A DNA stretch of 63,993 nt, the filler included, from Octopus bimaculoides (Eukaryota): assembly GCF_001194135.2 (NCBI RefSeq). It is 5 parts of 4 records of this genome, joined end to end, with 100 filler letters (N's around TTAATTAATTAA, not from the genome) between each part and the next. Parts side by side here need not be neighbours in the genome. Positions count along the whole stretch, not along the records: positions 1 to 29,486 come from NC_069007.1; positions 29,587 to 46,522 come from NC_068988.1; 3 more parts are not named here. The stretch is one strand, 5' to 3'. Position numbers and translations under genes: made by a program. Positions 26,905 to 38,676 of this stretch are shown here, piece after piece. The notes under the pieces were generated by a model, which saw nothing but the letters and a program-made list of their open reading frames with translations, was not told where the DNA came from and searched no databases. The first letter of the stretch is position 1, and the number at the start of each line of letters is the position of its first letter.

Positions 26905-26953
26905 GTCTTACAGCTGTTTCAGGGAAAATTCAATGTATCCCTTCATCGGAGAC
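26905..26953 (-). ncRNA. Type I hammerhead ribozyme, CCGAUGA core variant
   Basis: gtct-CCGATGA-aggga...tccct-GAAAC-agctgt-A-agac. Palindromic stem III ACAGCTGT. Related copies at 37623 and 42850. Confidence 0.82.
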
Positions 26954-27212
26954 GGTAATAGTAGAAGAATGGATTATTACATCTGTATGAGGAGATTTGC
27001 AGTAAGAAATGAGAGCGATGCGTAGAAGAAAGAACGAAGAAGAAAAAGTACTTGGAGTATAGTTCCATTCCAACAGTAAACATGTAAAGAATCCGTGTGG
27101 GCATTTTCCAGAGATAATTATAGTTGCAATGGTGGATATATATCATATCGTATCCAGTATACTCTGTGCGTTGTTTACTTAAAAGACAATGCCATTGGTC
27201 TCTTTATCTCAT

Positions 27213-27296
<84 letters not shown>

Positions 27297-27659
27297 GGGA
27301 TTCTTCCAGTACCGTCTACCAAATCAACCCACAAGGCTTTAATCAGCCTCAGGCTATAGTGGAAGACATTTGCCAAGGTGCCAGGCAGTGGGAATGAACC
27401 CGGAACCATGTGGTTTGGGGNNNNNNNNNNNNNNNNNNNNNNNNNNNNNNNNNNNNNNNNNNNNNNNNNNNNNNNNNNNNNNNNNNNNNNNNNNNNNNNN
27501 NNNNNNNNNNNNNNNNNNNNNNNNNNNNNNNNNNNNNNNNNNNNNNNNNNNNNNNNNNNNNNNNNNNNNNNNNNNNNNNNNNNNNNNNNNNCCTAGCCAC
27601 GCCTACCCCTAGCCACCCCTACGCCTAGCCACGCCTGCGTCTAGCGCCACGCAAGCTTT

Positions 27660-27870
27660 AGTCGGTACTCCAGGACTTACAAATATATATAACATACAGA
27701 AAATTGCACTATATGGGCACTGCACACATCCTACGCAAAACACTTTCAATACAGTAACCATAAGAGCATCACAGCAAACCACAGCACATACCCAAGGCAC
27801 ACAGAGCTGCGCTCGGTAGCGAAGTGAAAGCACGTTATAAAAATAAAACTATTGAATAATAATGATAATA
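27660..27870 (+). mobile_element. R4/Dong-like non-LTR retrotransposon 3' end with (TAA)n-type tail
   Basis: Translates to NIYNIQKIAL..GTAHILRK (QK.ALLGTA.ILR terminal motif of RLE LINEs, with a frameshift). A second copy lies at 63853-63993 on the minus strand. Confidence 0.7.
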
Positions 27871-28079
27871 ACAGTGATGATGATGACGACGAGGACGATG
27901 AGGATGACGATGATGATGACGACGATGATGATGATGATGACGACGACGACAATGATGATGATGATGACGACGACAAGGACGACGAAGATGATGACGACGA
28001 TGATGATGATGATGACGACGACGACGATGATGATCATGACGATAATGATGACGACGACGATGATGATGATGATGATGAT

Positions 28080-28114
<35 letters not shown>

Positions 28115-28130
28115 TGATGATGATGATGAA
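27860..28130. repeat. (GAT/GAC)n array
   Basis: Read directly. Source of the poly-D ORF. Confidence 0.95.
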
Positions 28131-28418
28131 GATATTATTAGTACTGAACACACATAGGTATATAAATCTTATGGGCCTTTCTTTATTTCTTCCTGATATT
28201 GTCTCTTATATATTCCTGAATTGTTGTTGTTTATTGTCATTTTTATCTTTATCTTTTTTAATATTTTCATCTTTTCAGTGTCCACTTCCAACATCATATG
28301 ATAACATTTATTGCCTTGCCAATACAGACGCATATGTGCTTGCATTTGAAAGCGTGTGTGTGTGTGTGTAAATATATACACATATATCTGTGGGCGTATA
28401 TATGCATATGTACATATG

Positions 28419-28483
<65 letters not shown>

Positions 28484-28690
28484 GTATATATATATATGTA
28501 CATATATATGTGTGTGCGCGCGTGTGTACGTATATACATAAATATATGCACATACATACTATATTGTACGTATATATATATATATATGCATACATACGTA
28601 CTTATATATTCTACATATAATATACATCTATACTTATGTGTGTATGTATAAAAAATACAGTTTTTATATATATACATGTATCTTCTATAT

Positions 28691-28737
<47 letters not shown>

Positions 28738-28747
28738 NNNNNNNNNN

Positions 28748-28785
<38 letters not shown>

Positions 28786-29452
28786 ATTATATATTGTGTA
28801 TGTTTGTGCGGGCGTGTGTATGTAAGAGATGTGTGAGTGTGTGTATGTGTATACATATCTACATATATATATATAAATATATAATGTATGCATTTATGTA
28901 TATTTGAAATATTCATAAAACTTGGAGTTGGACTCAATGGAAGGAAGAAAATATTAATATATACAAAAAAACGTAAATCAACAACAACAATAATTGAGAA
29001 ATATATAAAATACATGACAAATAAGAAATATATGATAGATATAGCGAATATGATTTATATGCCTGTGTGTTGTTAACCTAAACAAACAGAGAGCTGTAAA
29101 GAACAGTGGAATAGAAAAGAAACGGTTTAGCCACTTAAAAGTGGTGTAGAGAAAAGGCGTCGCAAACNNNNNNNNNNGGGGGGGGGGGGGAGAATGGTTT
29201 TCGATCACCTCTTCGGTGTGATATACGAAGGGTGTCTTGTTAAATCGTGGTTTTGTGCTTTGAAACAAAATGGCCCTAAAACGGTCTGTTGGTGCCGAGT
29301 AGCAACAGTGCAGCACAACATCAAAGCTAGAATTTGAGAATATGGGGCATTGCAGTGAGCGGTTGCTATCAGAAAGGAAAAGCTGATGAATTGGCCTTGT
29401 ACTGAGCTATTGTGTGGGATGCAGTTTACCAGAAATTGATGCTCTGCCCTTT

Positions 29453-29486
<34 letters not shown>

Positions 29487-29586
29487 NNNNNNNNNNNNNN
29501 NNNNNNNNNNNNNNNNNNNNNNNNNNNNNNTTAATTAATTAANNNNNNNNNNNNNNNNNNNNNNNNNNNNNNNNNNNNNNNNNNNN

Positions 29587-30107
29587 GGATATTCAGAGGT
29601 AATGCAGTACGATCGTTTCAAGCGACTCTATTTCAAAGAACAATGCAACCATTACATCAATTTAAATGCAGAGCAATCCTCAGCTGCATAAATACATAGA
29701 ATTAAATAAAATCAAAACAGATGGACAAATTAGTATAATTTTACCTAAAACCTCCAAGAAGGTAAGGAGACAGACAAACTGAAGTGAAGAAGGTAAGGAA
29801 TTGGAAAAGCGGAAGTGAAGACAGCATGTTCTTTGTCTATCTCCTTACCTTCTTGGAGGTTTTAGGTAAAATTATACTAATGTGTCCAACTATTTTAATT
29901 TAATTTAATTCTGTTTTTTATGCAGCAGAGGATTGCTCTGCATTTAAACTGATGTAATGGTTGCATTGTTCAATTAAATGGAGTCGCTTGAAACGATCGT
30001 ACTGCATTACCTCTGAATATCCTGTTGCTTATTTTGATTTTAATCACCTTATTTTGAAACTGTATGGATAATACCGTACTAAGTTCTGGTGTCTCAACTT
30101 AAGTACC
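29587..30107. mobile_element. Inverted-repeat element with an HHR-like motif in each arm (family P1)
   Basis: Arms over 200 bp around a short spacer. Minus HHR 29602-29689 (CTGAGGA...GAAACGATCGT-A-ctgcat). Plus HHR 29920-30007 has a mutated CAGAGGA core. Second copy at 55807-56425. Confidence 0.85.
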
Positions 30108-30146
30108 TAATTCATCCGAATCTATCTATCTCTATCTATATATATA

Positions 30147-30215
<69 letters not shown>

Positions 30216-30426
30216 CATATATATATTGAATATATACACACACATATAGACATACATATATACATATACATATATACATATATATATATATACATTAATT
30301 CATAAAAAAATATAACGTTAAAAATCACGTTAATGATTTTTATCAAGCAGTCAGCATGCTATAAACATTTATAGGCAATTAATACATTAAATTAATAATA
30401 ATGTACATATGTATATATTTATATCA

Positions 30427-30567
30427 ATGGAGATAGGGTGAAAGCAACCTGTTTCCAGCATACTTGAAGTGCTGACACCTTCAAAAAACTATTAAAAACT
30501 CTATGTGTATATTTAGTTCGGCACTTGAAGCACGCTGTAGATAGATCGTTTTCGCCCTATCTCCCAT
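30427..30567. mobile_element. Small MITE-like element with ~19-bp imperfect TIRs
   Basis: atggagatagggtgaaagc ... gttttcgccctatctcccat. Confidence 0.55.
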
Positions 30568-30691
30568 GAAATATATATATAGTCATATTTCGGGATGGTC
30601 ATTTTTTGTTTGCCAAATAAACACAAGCACACTATATATATTCGTTCTTCACTCGTTTATTACTGTTCTTATTCTAACTCATGTCCATTGT

Positions 30692-30731
30692 CCGGAAATC
30701 TTTCGTCACACATCTCTGACCTCTTCAGCGA
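30692..30731 (-). ncRNA. Minimal hammerhead ribozyme in a PLE-end-like repeat (repeat spans ~30580-30850)
   Basis: tcg-CTGAAGA-g-gtca[gagatgtg]tgac-GAAA-gattt-C-cgg, UUC site. Related copies at 46141-46181 (+, decayed stem II) and 50660-50790 (core missing). Confidence 0.7.
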
Positions 30732-30842
30732 CACTTTTCGTCTTCGTGTATGCTCTTACTCCACTTACTCTATTCTGCTTTTCTATGATGTGCATCCTTA
30801 TGTTCACTTGCTTTGTTAGTCATATTATTGATACTGTTGCGT

Positions 30843-31000
30843 CCGTCGGTGAAGTTATGACGATTTTATTGAATAAATTTACTCTTTAGTATTTCAAGAC
30901 ATTTTTATCTAATTTTGCTAAATATATCTGTTAAAATAAAATGTCAGTGTTATTTCTAATTTTTGTGTAATTAAGACAACAATTTATTCACCGCACCCTG
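30843..31000 (+). mobile_element. 3' terminal fragment of a maT/DD37D-like transposon
   Basis: ...DDFIE* followed by TIR caatttattcaccgcaccctg + TA, similar to the TIR at 32101-32124. Confidence 0.7.
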
Positions 31001-31039
31001 TATATATATATATATATNNNNNNNNNNNNNNNNNNTATA

Positions 31040-32124
31040 TAACCACAGCCTCCAGACGACTTCAGAATCTCCTTCAAATCTTCTGGACGGTCTCCTTGTT
31101 AAGTTGGTGAATGCTGCCATAATCCTTGCCGTCGGTTCATCTTTGGTGTTACAAGAAGTTTTGTTGGTCTCTCACTCAACTGCACCCAACACTTAATAAT
31201 CAAGAGTCTTGCAGTTTGGGAAGTTAGGGGTAATGTTAGGGGTGATGTGGTCGCAGAATTTGTCTGACAGCCATGCCTGGGATTTTTTCCTTGTGTGGCA
31301 TGGTGCAGAGTCCTGTTGCCAGGCATAGTGTCTTCCAGCAGCCACCCTCTTCACCCAGGGTAGCACTACCTCCTCCAGGCACTTGATGTAGGCCTCCGTG
31401 TTGAGTGTGAGGCCGTGTGGGAAGATGAATGGAGGCATAACTTCGCCATCACTAGTGATCACTCCAAACACCATGTTTTGGTACATGCTTTGGGGACACG
31501 GCAAGCTAACGGTTGCTCTGTGTGTTCACCCTCTGATCCTGGCAGAAATTTTTCTCGTATGAGAAAAACCAAAGCATGTTCGGTTAGAGGGGATGCTTGA
31601 GTTCGTTCAAAAACTTCGTAGCACGATCGTTCTTCTTGTCCTTGATGACTTAAGATAAAAATTGGCCCTTTCTTATCTTGTATGAGGAATGCCGAATGTC
31701 TTCATGTCCCTGACGATGGACTTGATTGACTCGAAGGGATAATTGTCAATCATGGCTTGGATCTCATCAACAAATTCAGGACTTCTTTTCTTATCAGAAC
31801 AATCAGAGTGAATTTTCCGAGCTGCCGTGTCTTCGTAATCACCATTAGATTCATCTAACTCTTTCCGAATCCTCTGCACTGTCCTCAGACTGACACCCAA
31901 ACACTCTGAAATGTTCGTATCGGAGCTTCCGGCGCAAATTCCATGCTGTACAGCATGTCGTTTCCAAATTTCTGGCAGAGTGAATTGCGTCATAGTGTTG
32001 CTTTTCTTAAAGACAGTGCCCAACTAACCCTACTATACTGTGTAGTCGACAAAATTAAAAACAAGTAATGTGCATGCGCGAAATAAACAATATAAAATGG
32101 CGACAATTCACCCATCGCACCCTG
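31040..32124 (-). mobile_element. Tc1/mariner-superfamily transposon, maT/DD37D-like, decayed
   Basis: TIR cagggtgcgatgggtgaattgtcg, HTH region starting at ATG 31993, and MVFGVITSDG...YAWQQDSAPCH...TLDY. D-D spacing is 36 in this copy versus 37 canonical. Lacks its 3' end. Confidence 0.88.
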
Positions 32125-33028
32125 TNNNNNNNNNNNNNNNNNNNNNNNNNNNNNNNNNNNNNNNNNNNNNNNNNNNNNNNNNNNNNNNNNNNNNNNNNNN
32201 NNNNNNNNNNNNNNNNNNNNNNNNNNNNNNNNNNNNNNNNNNNNNNNNNNNNNNNNNNNNNNNNNNNNNNNNNNNNNNNNNNNNNNNNNNNNNNNNNNNN
32301 NNNNNNNNNNNNNNNNNNNNNNNNNNNNNNNNNNNNNNNNNNNNNNNNNNNNNNNNNNNNNNNNNNNNNNNNNNNNNNNNNNNNNNNNNNNNNNNNNNNN
32401 NNNNNNNNNNNNNNNNNNNNNNNNNNNNNNNNNNNNNNNNNNNNNNNNNNNNNNNNNNNNNNNNNNNNNNNNNNNNNNNNNNNNNNNNNNNNNNNNNNNN
32501 NNNNNNNNNNNNNNNNNNNNNNNNNNNNNNNNNNNNNNNNNNNNNNNNNNNNNNNNNNNNNNNNNNNNNNNNNNNNNNNNNNNNNNNNNNNNNNNNNNNN
32601 NNNNNNNNNNNNNNNNNNNNNNNNNNNNNNNNNNNNNNNNNNNNNNNNNNNNNNNNNNNNNNNNNNNNNNNNNNNNNNNNNNNNNNNNNNNNNNNNNNNN
32701 NNNNNNNNNNNNNNNNNNNNNNNNNNNNNNNNNNNNNNNNNNNNNNNNNNNNNNNNNNNNNNNNNNNNNNNNNNNNNNNNNNNNNNNNNNNNNNNNNNNN
32801 NNNNNNNNNNNNNNNNNNNNNNNNNNNNNNNNNNNNNNNNNNNNNNNNNNNNNNNNNNNNNNNNNNNNNNNATATATATATATATATATATATATACATA
32901 TGTGTGTGTGTGTATACACACATATGTACATCGTATAAATATGTAAACATATATGAAGTATTTAGGCAACCGTTATGTCAACCATTATATACATATTCAT
33001 TGAAATAATGTGAAACTTATACTTGCAG

Positions 33029-33140
33029 ATTCATTCTAGCTACTAAGGCACATGACTACATGCTTCTTACACGTGAAGAAAGGAGAGATAGAATAGCTAA
33101 ATTGTATGCTAATGTATTTGGTATTGAAGAATTGGCTTAC
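33029..33140 (+). CDS. MAO: Monoamine oxidase internal exon (112 nt, phase 2 to 0): FILATKAHDYMLLTREERRDRIAKLYANVFGIEELAY
   Basis: Acceptor cttgcag at 33028 and donor gtacgt at 33141. Aligns by eye to recalled human MAOB [37 protein letters not shown]. Frame joins the next exon. Confidence 0.9.
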
Positions 33141-33965
33141 GTACGTATAAAATTTCTATTTATTTCCCATTATCCGTTTTAATGCTTTATTTATTTTACA
33201 GCGTACGTTGTGCAAACAATAGTATCATTCATTATAATTTTCAAACGAGTTAATGACGGGTTTACTGCATTTATAGGGGTGAGAAGGACAGGGGACAGTC
33301 TGTGTGAGTGGTCAGAACCAATATCACAAAGCTGCTTCTCAGACGTACACACACACACACTCACGCACACACACACATATCCACACTCACACACATGGAT
33401 ATACACATACACATTCATATATATATATATATATATATANNNNNNNNNNNNNNNNNNNNNNNNNNNNNNNNNNNNNNNNNNNNNNNNNNNNNNNNNNNNN
33501 NNNNNNNNNNNNNNNNNNNNNNNNNNNNNNNNNNNNNNNNNNNNNNNNNNNNNNNNNNNNNNNNNNNNNNNNNNNNNNNNNNNNNNNNNNNNNNNNNNNN
33601 NNNNNNNNNNNNNNNNNNNNNNNNNNNNNNNNNNNNNNNNNNNNNNNNNNNNNNNNNNNNNNNNNNNNNNNNNNNNNNNNNNNNNNNNNNNNNNNNNNNN
33701 NNNNNNNNNNNNNNNNNNNNNNNNNNNNNNNNNNNNNNNNNNNNNNNNNNNNNNNNNNNNNNNNNNNNNNNNNNNNNNNNNNNNNNNNNNNNNNNNNNNN
33801 NNNNNNNNNNNNNNNNNNNNNNNNNNNNNNNNNNNNNNNNNNNNNNNNNNNNNNNNNNNNNNNNNNNNNNNNNNNNNNNNNNNNNNNNNNNNNTACCTAT
33901 ATATATATATATATTCATTCTTTTGTTTTAGTCATTTGCGATGCTGGAGAAAATCACAGACGCAT

Positions 33966-34010
<45 letters not shown>

Positions 34011-34326
34011 CCCCACCCCCACACATCCACATAAACTTCTTTCAGTTTCCGTCTACCAAATCCACTCACAAGAAAGAAAGAATAAATGAAAATAGAAAGA
34101 AGACAAATCAATTTCAAGTTTTTGACTGGAACCTTCTTTATCGATTCCGAAAAGCTAAAAGGTAAAAAAAAAAAATGACTTCGCTGACATTTGGACTCAA
34201 GGCGAAAAGATTCAGAACGTATATCGGAAAGCAATCTATTCAACGTTCTAACGATTCTGCCAATTCACCACCTTATTAGCGATGCCATTACTGACATAAA
34301 TGTCATTTATCTTTTTTTCTTATTAG

Positions 34327-34424
34327 CCTATTCATTATGAAGAGAAGAACTGGGCGGAGGAACAATACAGTGGAGGATGTTATACAGTAATGTTACCACC
34401 AGGATTTCTCACTGTCTTTGGAAA
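34327..34424 (+). CDS. MAO: Monoamine oxidase exon (98 nt): [32 protein letters not shown](K)
   Basis: Polypyrimidine ttttcttattag acceptor and gtaagg donor. Matches the MAO motif [17 protein letters not shown], including the cysteine that binds FAD covalently in vertebrate MAO. Confidence 0.96.
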
Positions 34425-34986
34425 GTAAGGAGATATTAATTTTATTGGTTCCAGATTATTTTATTAAATTTCATTGTGATTTAATGATGACCAAGATTAC
34501 TCGTTCCATTATTAAAAAAACCCCACAAATATCTTCGGATAGGAAACATGATGGGTTATCTTTGATTTTTTTTAGAGGCACTGAAGGCAGTTACGTATTA
34601 TTATATATATTCACCGTTACACTTGCTTCAATTGCTAACAGGAATTACAAAATTGTACATGTAGGATAAACAAGAAATCTCCTATAAGAAATTCTTCAGA
34701 CTGAGTACCAAATAATATCAATTTATATTTAGATGAAGCGTTTATAAACAGTTAGTTAGTAATCAGGAATCGTATAGTTAGTTGAGAGAGAGAATAAAGA
34801 ACAAACCTAGTTTTCCTTAAAAGAAAGAGTTAGGTATTAGCCTAATAAATGTATATGCATATACGCACATATATATATCAATGTACATACGTACATCACC
34901 AAAAGACTGCAGCTTGCATTTATATATATATATATATGTATGTATGTATGTGTGTGTGTGTGTGTGTGTGTATGTGTGTGTGTGTG

Positions 34987-35048
<62 letters not shown>

Positions 35049-35214
35049 TAATAGAATTAGCGGTTGGAAGAACCGTTTAAGGGATAAGAATATCCGTTTT
35101 ACTACCGGTGTAAATTACCTATGTTAACTCTGGGTATACATATGCAAGTATATTGTGCTCATACGATACAGGCAATAACAAAGATAAACAAGAGTTTACC
35201 AGGAATCAAGTTTA

Positions 35215-36264
35215 AATTAAGCAGAAAATAGAGAGATCTTGATCAACAACAACTGACTACCATCGATTATCATTTTTTAATACAGAACTCCATCCCATCT
35301 AACAGCCGTTTCTGCTTCCAATGTCCCACGGTGTTGCCAAAGAAAATTCTGAGAATAATATTCGTCACATTTTGTAACATCCGATCTGGAACATGGAGCT
35401 TCATCAGAGTGAATAAAAGAAAAGAAAATAAGAAGAACCTCGAGATCAGAAATGAAGGCTTAATATATTTGAATCATACCATTTTATAGTGTAATGCTTC
35501 AGGCCGTTGAGTAAATGACTGTACTAGAAAATTAATCGGTGGGTTAATCTTTTTTTAGGGGTAGCAGGGTGTATAAATAATAAAAAGTAAAATAAGTACT
35601 TTAGCATAACGGGATACGCCAATATGTCTAGAAAATTTAACTGACCAATTATATTGATAGCTGGACTTTGGTCAATCCCATTATGGACAATAGTTGGTTG
35701 GTCTTTACAATATACCAGATAGTAAATAAATGTAATTAATTTATGGGCATGTTATTTGGATAAATATTAATCAGTACTATTAACATAATCTTAAGAACTA
35801 TTATGATTACTTCTAATCATTATGGCACTACCACTCCCTCTTTTTCTAGACCTATTGACGTATCCCGTTATGCTAAGTTACTTATTTTACTTTTTATTAT
35901 TTATACACCCTGTTATCCCACAAGAAAGATTAACCCACCAATTAATTTTCTAGTTTAGTCATTTTCTCAACGGCCTGAAGCGTTACGCTGCAAAATGGAA
36001 TGATTCAAATATATTAAACCTTCATTCCTCTTCTCGAGGCTCTTCTTTTCTTTTCTTTTCTTTTATGTATTTTCTTAACTTTGATGAAGCACCATGTTCC
36101 AGATCGGGAGTGTTACAAAATATGAGGAATATTATTCTCAGAATATTTTCTTTGGCAACACTATGGGACATTGGAAGCAGAAACGGCTGTTAGATGGGAT
36201 AAAGATTTGTATTAAAAAGTAATAATTGATGGTAGTCAAGATGTCTCCATTTTCTGCTTAAATT
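35215..36264. mobile_element. ~1.05-kb inverted-repeat element (arms ~425 bp, spacer ~200 bp) with a long-stem-II HHR-like motif in each arm (family P2)
   Basis: 35215-35637 is the diverged reverse complement of 35841-36264. Minus motif 35298-35410 is CTGATGA...GAAACGGCTGT-T. Plus motif 36078-36194 has a TTGATGA core. Confidence 0.85.
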
Positions 36265-36268
36265 ATAT

Positions 36269-36303
<35 letters not shown>

Positions 36304-36626
36304 NNNNNNNNNNNNNNNNNNNNNNNNNNNNNNNNNNNNNNNNNNNNNNNNNNNNNNNNNNNNNNNNNNNNNNNNNNNNNNNNNNNNNNNNNNNNNNNNN
36401 NNNNNNNNNNNNNNNNNNNNNNNNNNNNNNNNNNNNNNNNNNNNNNNNNNNNNNNNNNNNNNNNNNNNNNNNNNNNNNNNNNNNNNNNNNNNNNNNNNNN
36501 NNNNNNNNNNNNNNNNNNNNNNNNNNNNNNNNNNNNNNNNNNNNNNNNNNNNNNNNNNNNNNNNNNNNNNNNNNNNNNNNNNNNNNNNNNNNNNNNNNNN
36601 NNNNNNNNNNNNNNNNNNNNNNNNNN

Positions 36627-36726
36627 ATAACAAAAGACTGTTACTCTGAGTTTCACGTTCCTGTTCATCGGACAGTTTTGTCCGATGAACGGAAACGTGA
36701 AACTCAGAGTAACAGTCTTTTGTTAT
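36627..36726. ncRNA. ~100-bp palindrome made of two back-to-back minimal hammerheads (family P3)
   Basis: Plus: ttgt-CCGATGA-acg[gaaa]cgt-GAAAC-tcagagt-A-aca (36678-36714). Its mirror image lies on the minus strand (36627-36675). Confidence 0.85.
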
Positions 36727-37051
36727 ATTTCTGCTGCTTTTAAATAAAGTATATATATATATATATATATGAAAAAATATATACGAGAATGCATGTAACA
36801 TACAAGAATTTTGTATGCATATGCATGTGGTGATGTATGTAAGTGACTATATACATGTATGAATATATACGTGTGTATACATATTCACACATAATCCTAC
36901 TTCTCACCACTGACCTGTCCTTTAAGCAACCTAACCTATATTCCCAATTCTTTATTCCACCATTTTACTTCCCTTACCTCCTCTCTGCCCATCACTTAAG
37001 CCCTATCACAACATACCTCACACTCCTTTAATCTTTACTCTCTCATCTCTT

Positions 37052-37246
37052 CCTCTCTCTCACCCTCACCTCTCTCTCACCCTCACCTCTCTCTCACCCT
37101 CACCTCTCTCTCACCCTCACCTCTCTCTCACCCTCACCTCTCTCTCACCCTCACCTCTCTCTCACCCTCACCTCTCTCTCACCCTCACCTCTCTCTCACC
37201 CTCACCTCTCTCTCACCCTCACCTCTCTCTCACCCTCACCTCTCTC
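37052..37246. repeat. 17-bp minisatellite (ctctctctcaccctcac) x ~11
   Basis: Read directly. Confidence 0.95.
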
Positions 37247-37622
37247 GTCCTTCTATCATTTTATTCTGACCACTAGCTAGCACACCTCTCTATTCATTTA
37301 TCTATTGTCCCTCTCCCTCTTTTTTTCTCTCTCTTCCTTTTTTTATTTGACCTTACAAACATATTCCCAACTTTTAAGTCACTTCAAAAAACCCTCGATC
37401 GAATAACATCGTTTACAAGATTCTATGTTTGGAATGACCAATTATAAACACCATTGGATCTCACACACAAGGTACAGAAAAAAATTACTTATACACCATT
37501 CTGCTTAAATAATGGAACTGCAGATACAATATCCTTACGTATCTCACGTCTGTTTTCATTCCTCCACTTCACTCTGTATTTCATATCTTCTCTATAACAA
37601 CTATTAAACATTTTCTCGCACC

Positions 37623-37664
37623 GTCTCTGATGAAGGAATAGTATCCCAGAAACAGCTGCATGAC
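37623..37664 (+). ncRNA. Degenerate hammerhead (cleavage triplet GUA mutated to GCA) at the end of a PLE-like remnant
   Basis: gtct-CTGATGA-aggaatagtatccca-GAAAC-agctg-ca-tgac. Same family as 26905. Confidence 0.7.
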
Positions 37665-38630
37665 CTTCTCTTTATAAATGTTCTGAAAACTTTCACTGCC
37701 TTGGATTTTTTCTCATTCTGTTAATTTATATATATATATATNNNNNNNNNNNNNNNNNNNNNNNNNNNNNNNNNNNNNNNNNNNNNNNNNNNNNNNNNNN
37801 NNNNNNNNNNNNNNNNNNNNNNNNNNNNNNNNNNNNNNNNNNNNNNNNNNNNNNNNNNNNNNNNNNNNNNNNNNNNNNNNNNNNNNNNNNNNNNNNNNNN
37901 NNNNNNNNNNNNNNNNNNNNNNNNNNNNNNNNNNNNNNNNNNNNNNNNNNNNNNNNNNNNNNNNNNNNNNNNNNNNNNNNNNNNNNNNNNNNNNNNNNNN
38001 NNNNNNNNNNNNNNNNNNNNNNNNNNNNNNNNNNNNNNNNNNNNNNNNNNNNNNNNNNNNNNNNNNNNNNNNNNNNNNNNNNNNNNNNNNNNNNNNNNNN
38101 NNNNNNNNNNNNNNNNNNNNNNNNNNNNNNNNNNNNNNNNNNNNNNNNNNNNNNNNNNNNNNNNNNNNNNNNNNNNNNNNNNNNNNNNNNNNNNNNNNNN
38201 NNNNNNNNNNNNNNNNNNNNNNNNNNNNNNNNNNNNNNNNNNNNNNNNNNNNNNNNNNNNNNNNNNNNNNNNNNNNNNNNNNNNNNNNNNNNNNNNNNNN
38301 NNNNNNNNNNNNNNNNNNNNNNNNNNNNNNNNNNNNNNNNNNNNNNNNNNNNNNNNNNNNNNNNNNNNNNNNNNNNNNNNNNNNNNNNNNNNNNNNNNNN
38401 NNNNNNNNNNNNNNNNNNNNNNNNNNNNNNNNNNNNNNNNNNNNNNNNNNNNNNNNNNNNNNNNNNNNNNNNNNNNNNNNNNNNNNNNNNNNNNNNNNNN
38501 NNNNNNNNNNNNNNNNNNNNNNNNNNNNNNNNNNNNNNNNNNNNNNNNNNNNNNNNNNNNNNNNNNNNNNNNNNNNNNNNNNNNNNNNNNNNNNNNNNNN
38601 NNNNNNNNNNNNNNNNNNNNNNNNNNNNNN

Positions 38631-38676
<46 letters not shown>

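Noticed and set aside
33201-33277. Strong acceptor plus a short hydrophobic frame after the MAO exon
   Set aside because: Would interrupt the contiguous MAO sequence. The phase-0 reading stops after 6 codons.
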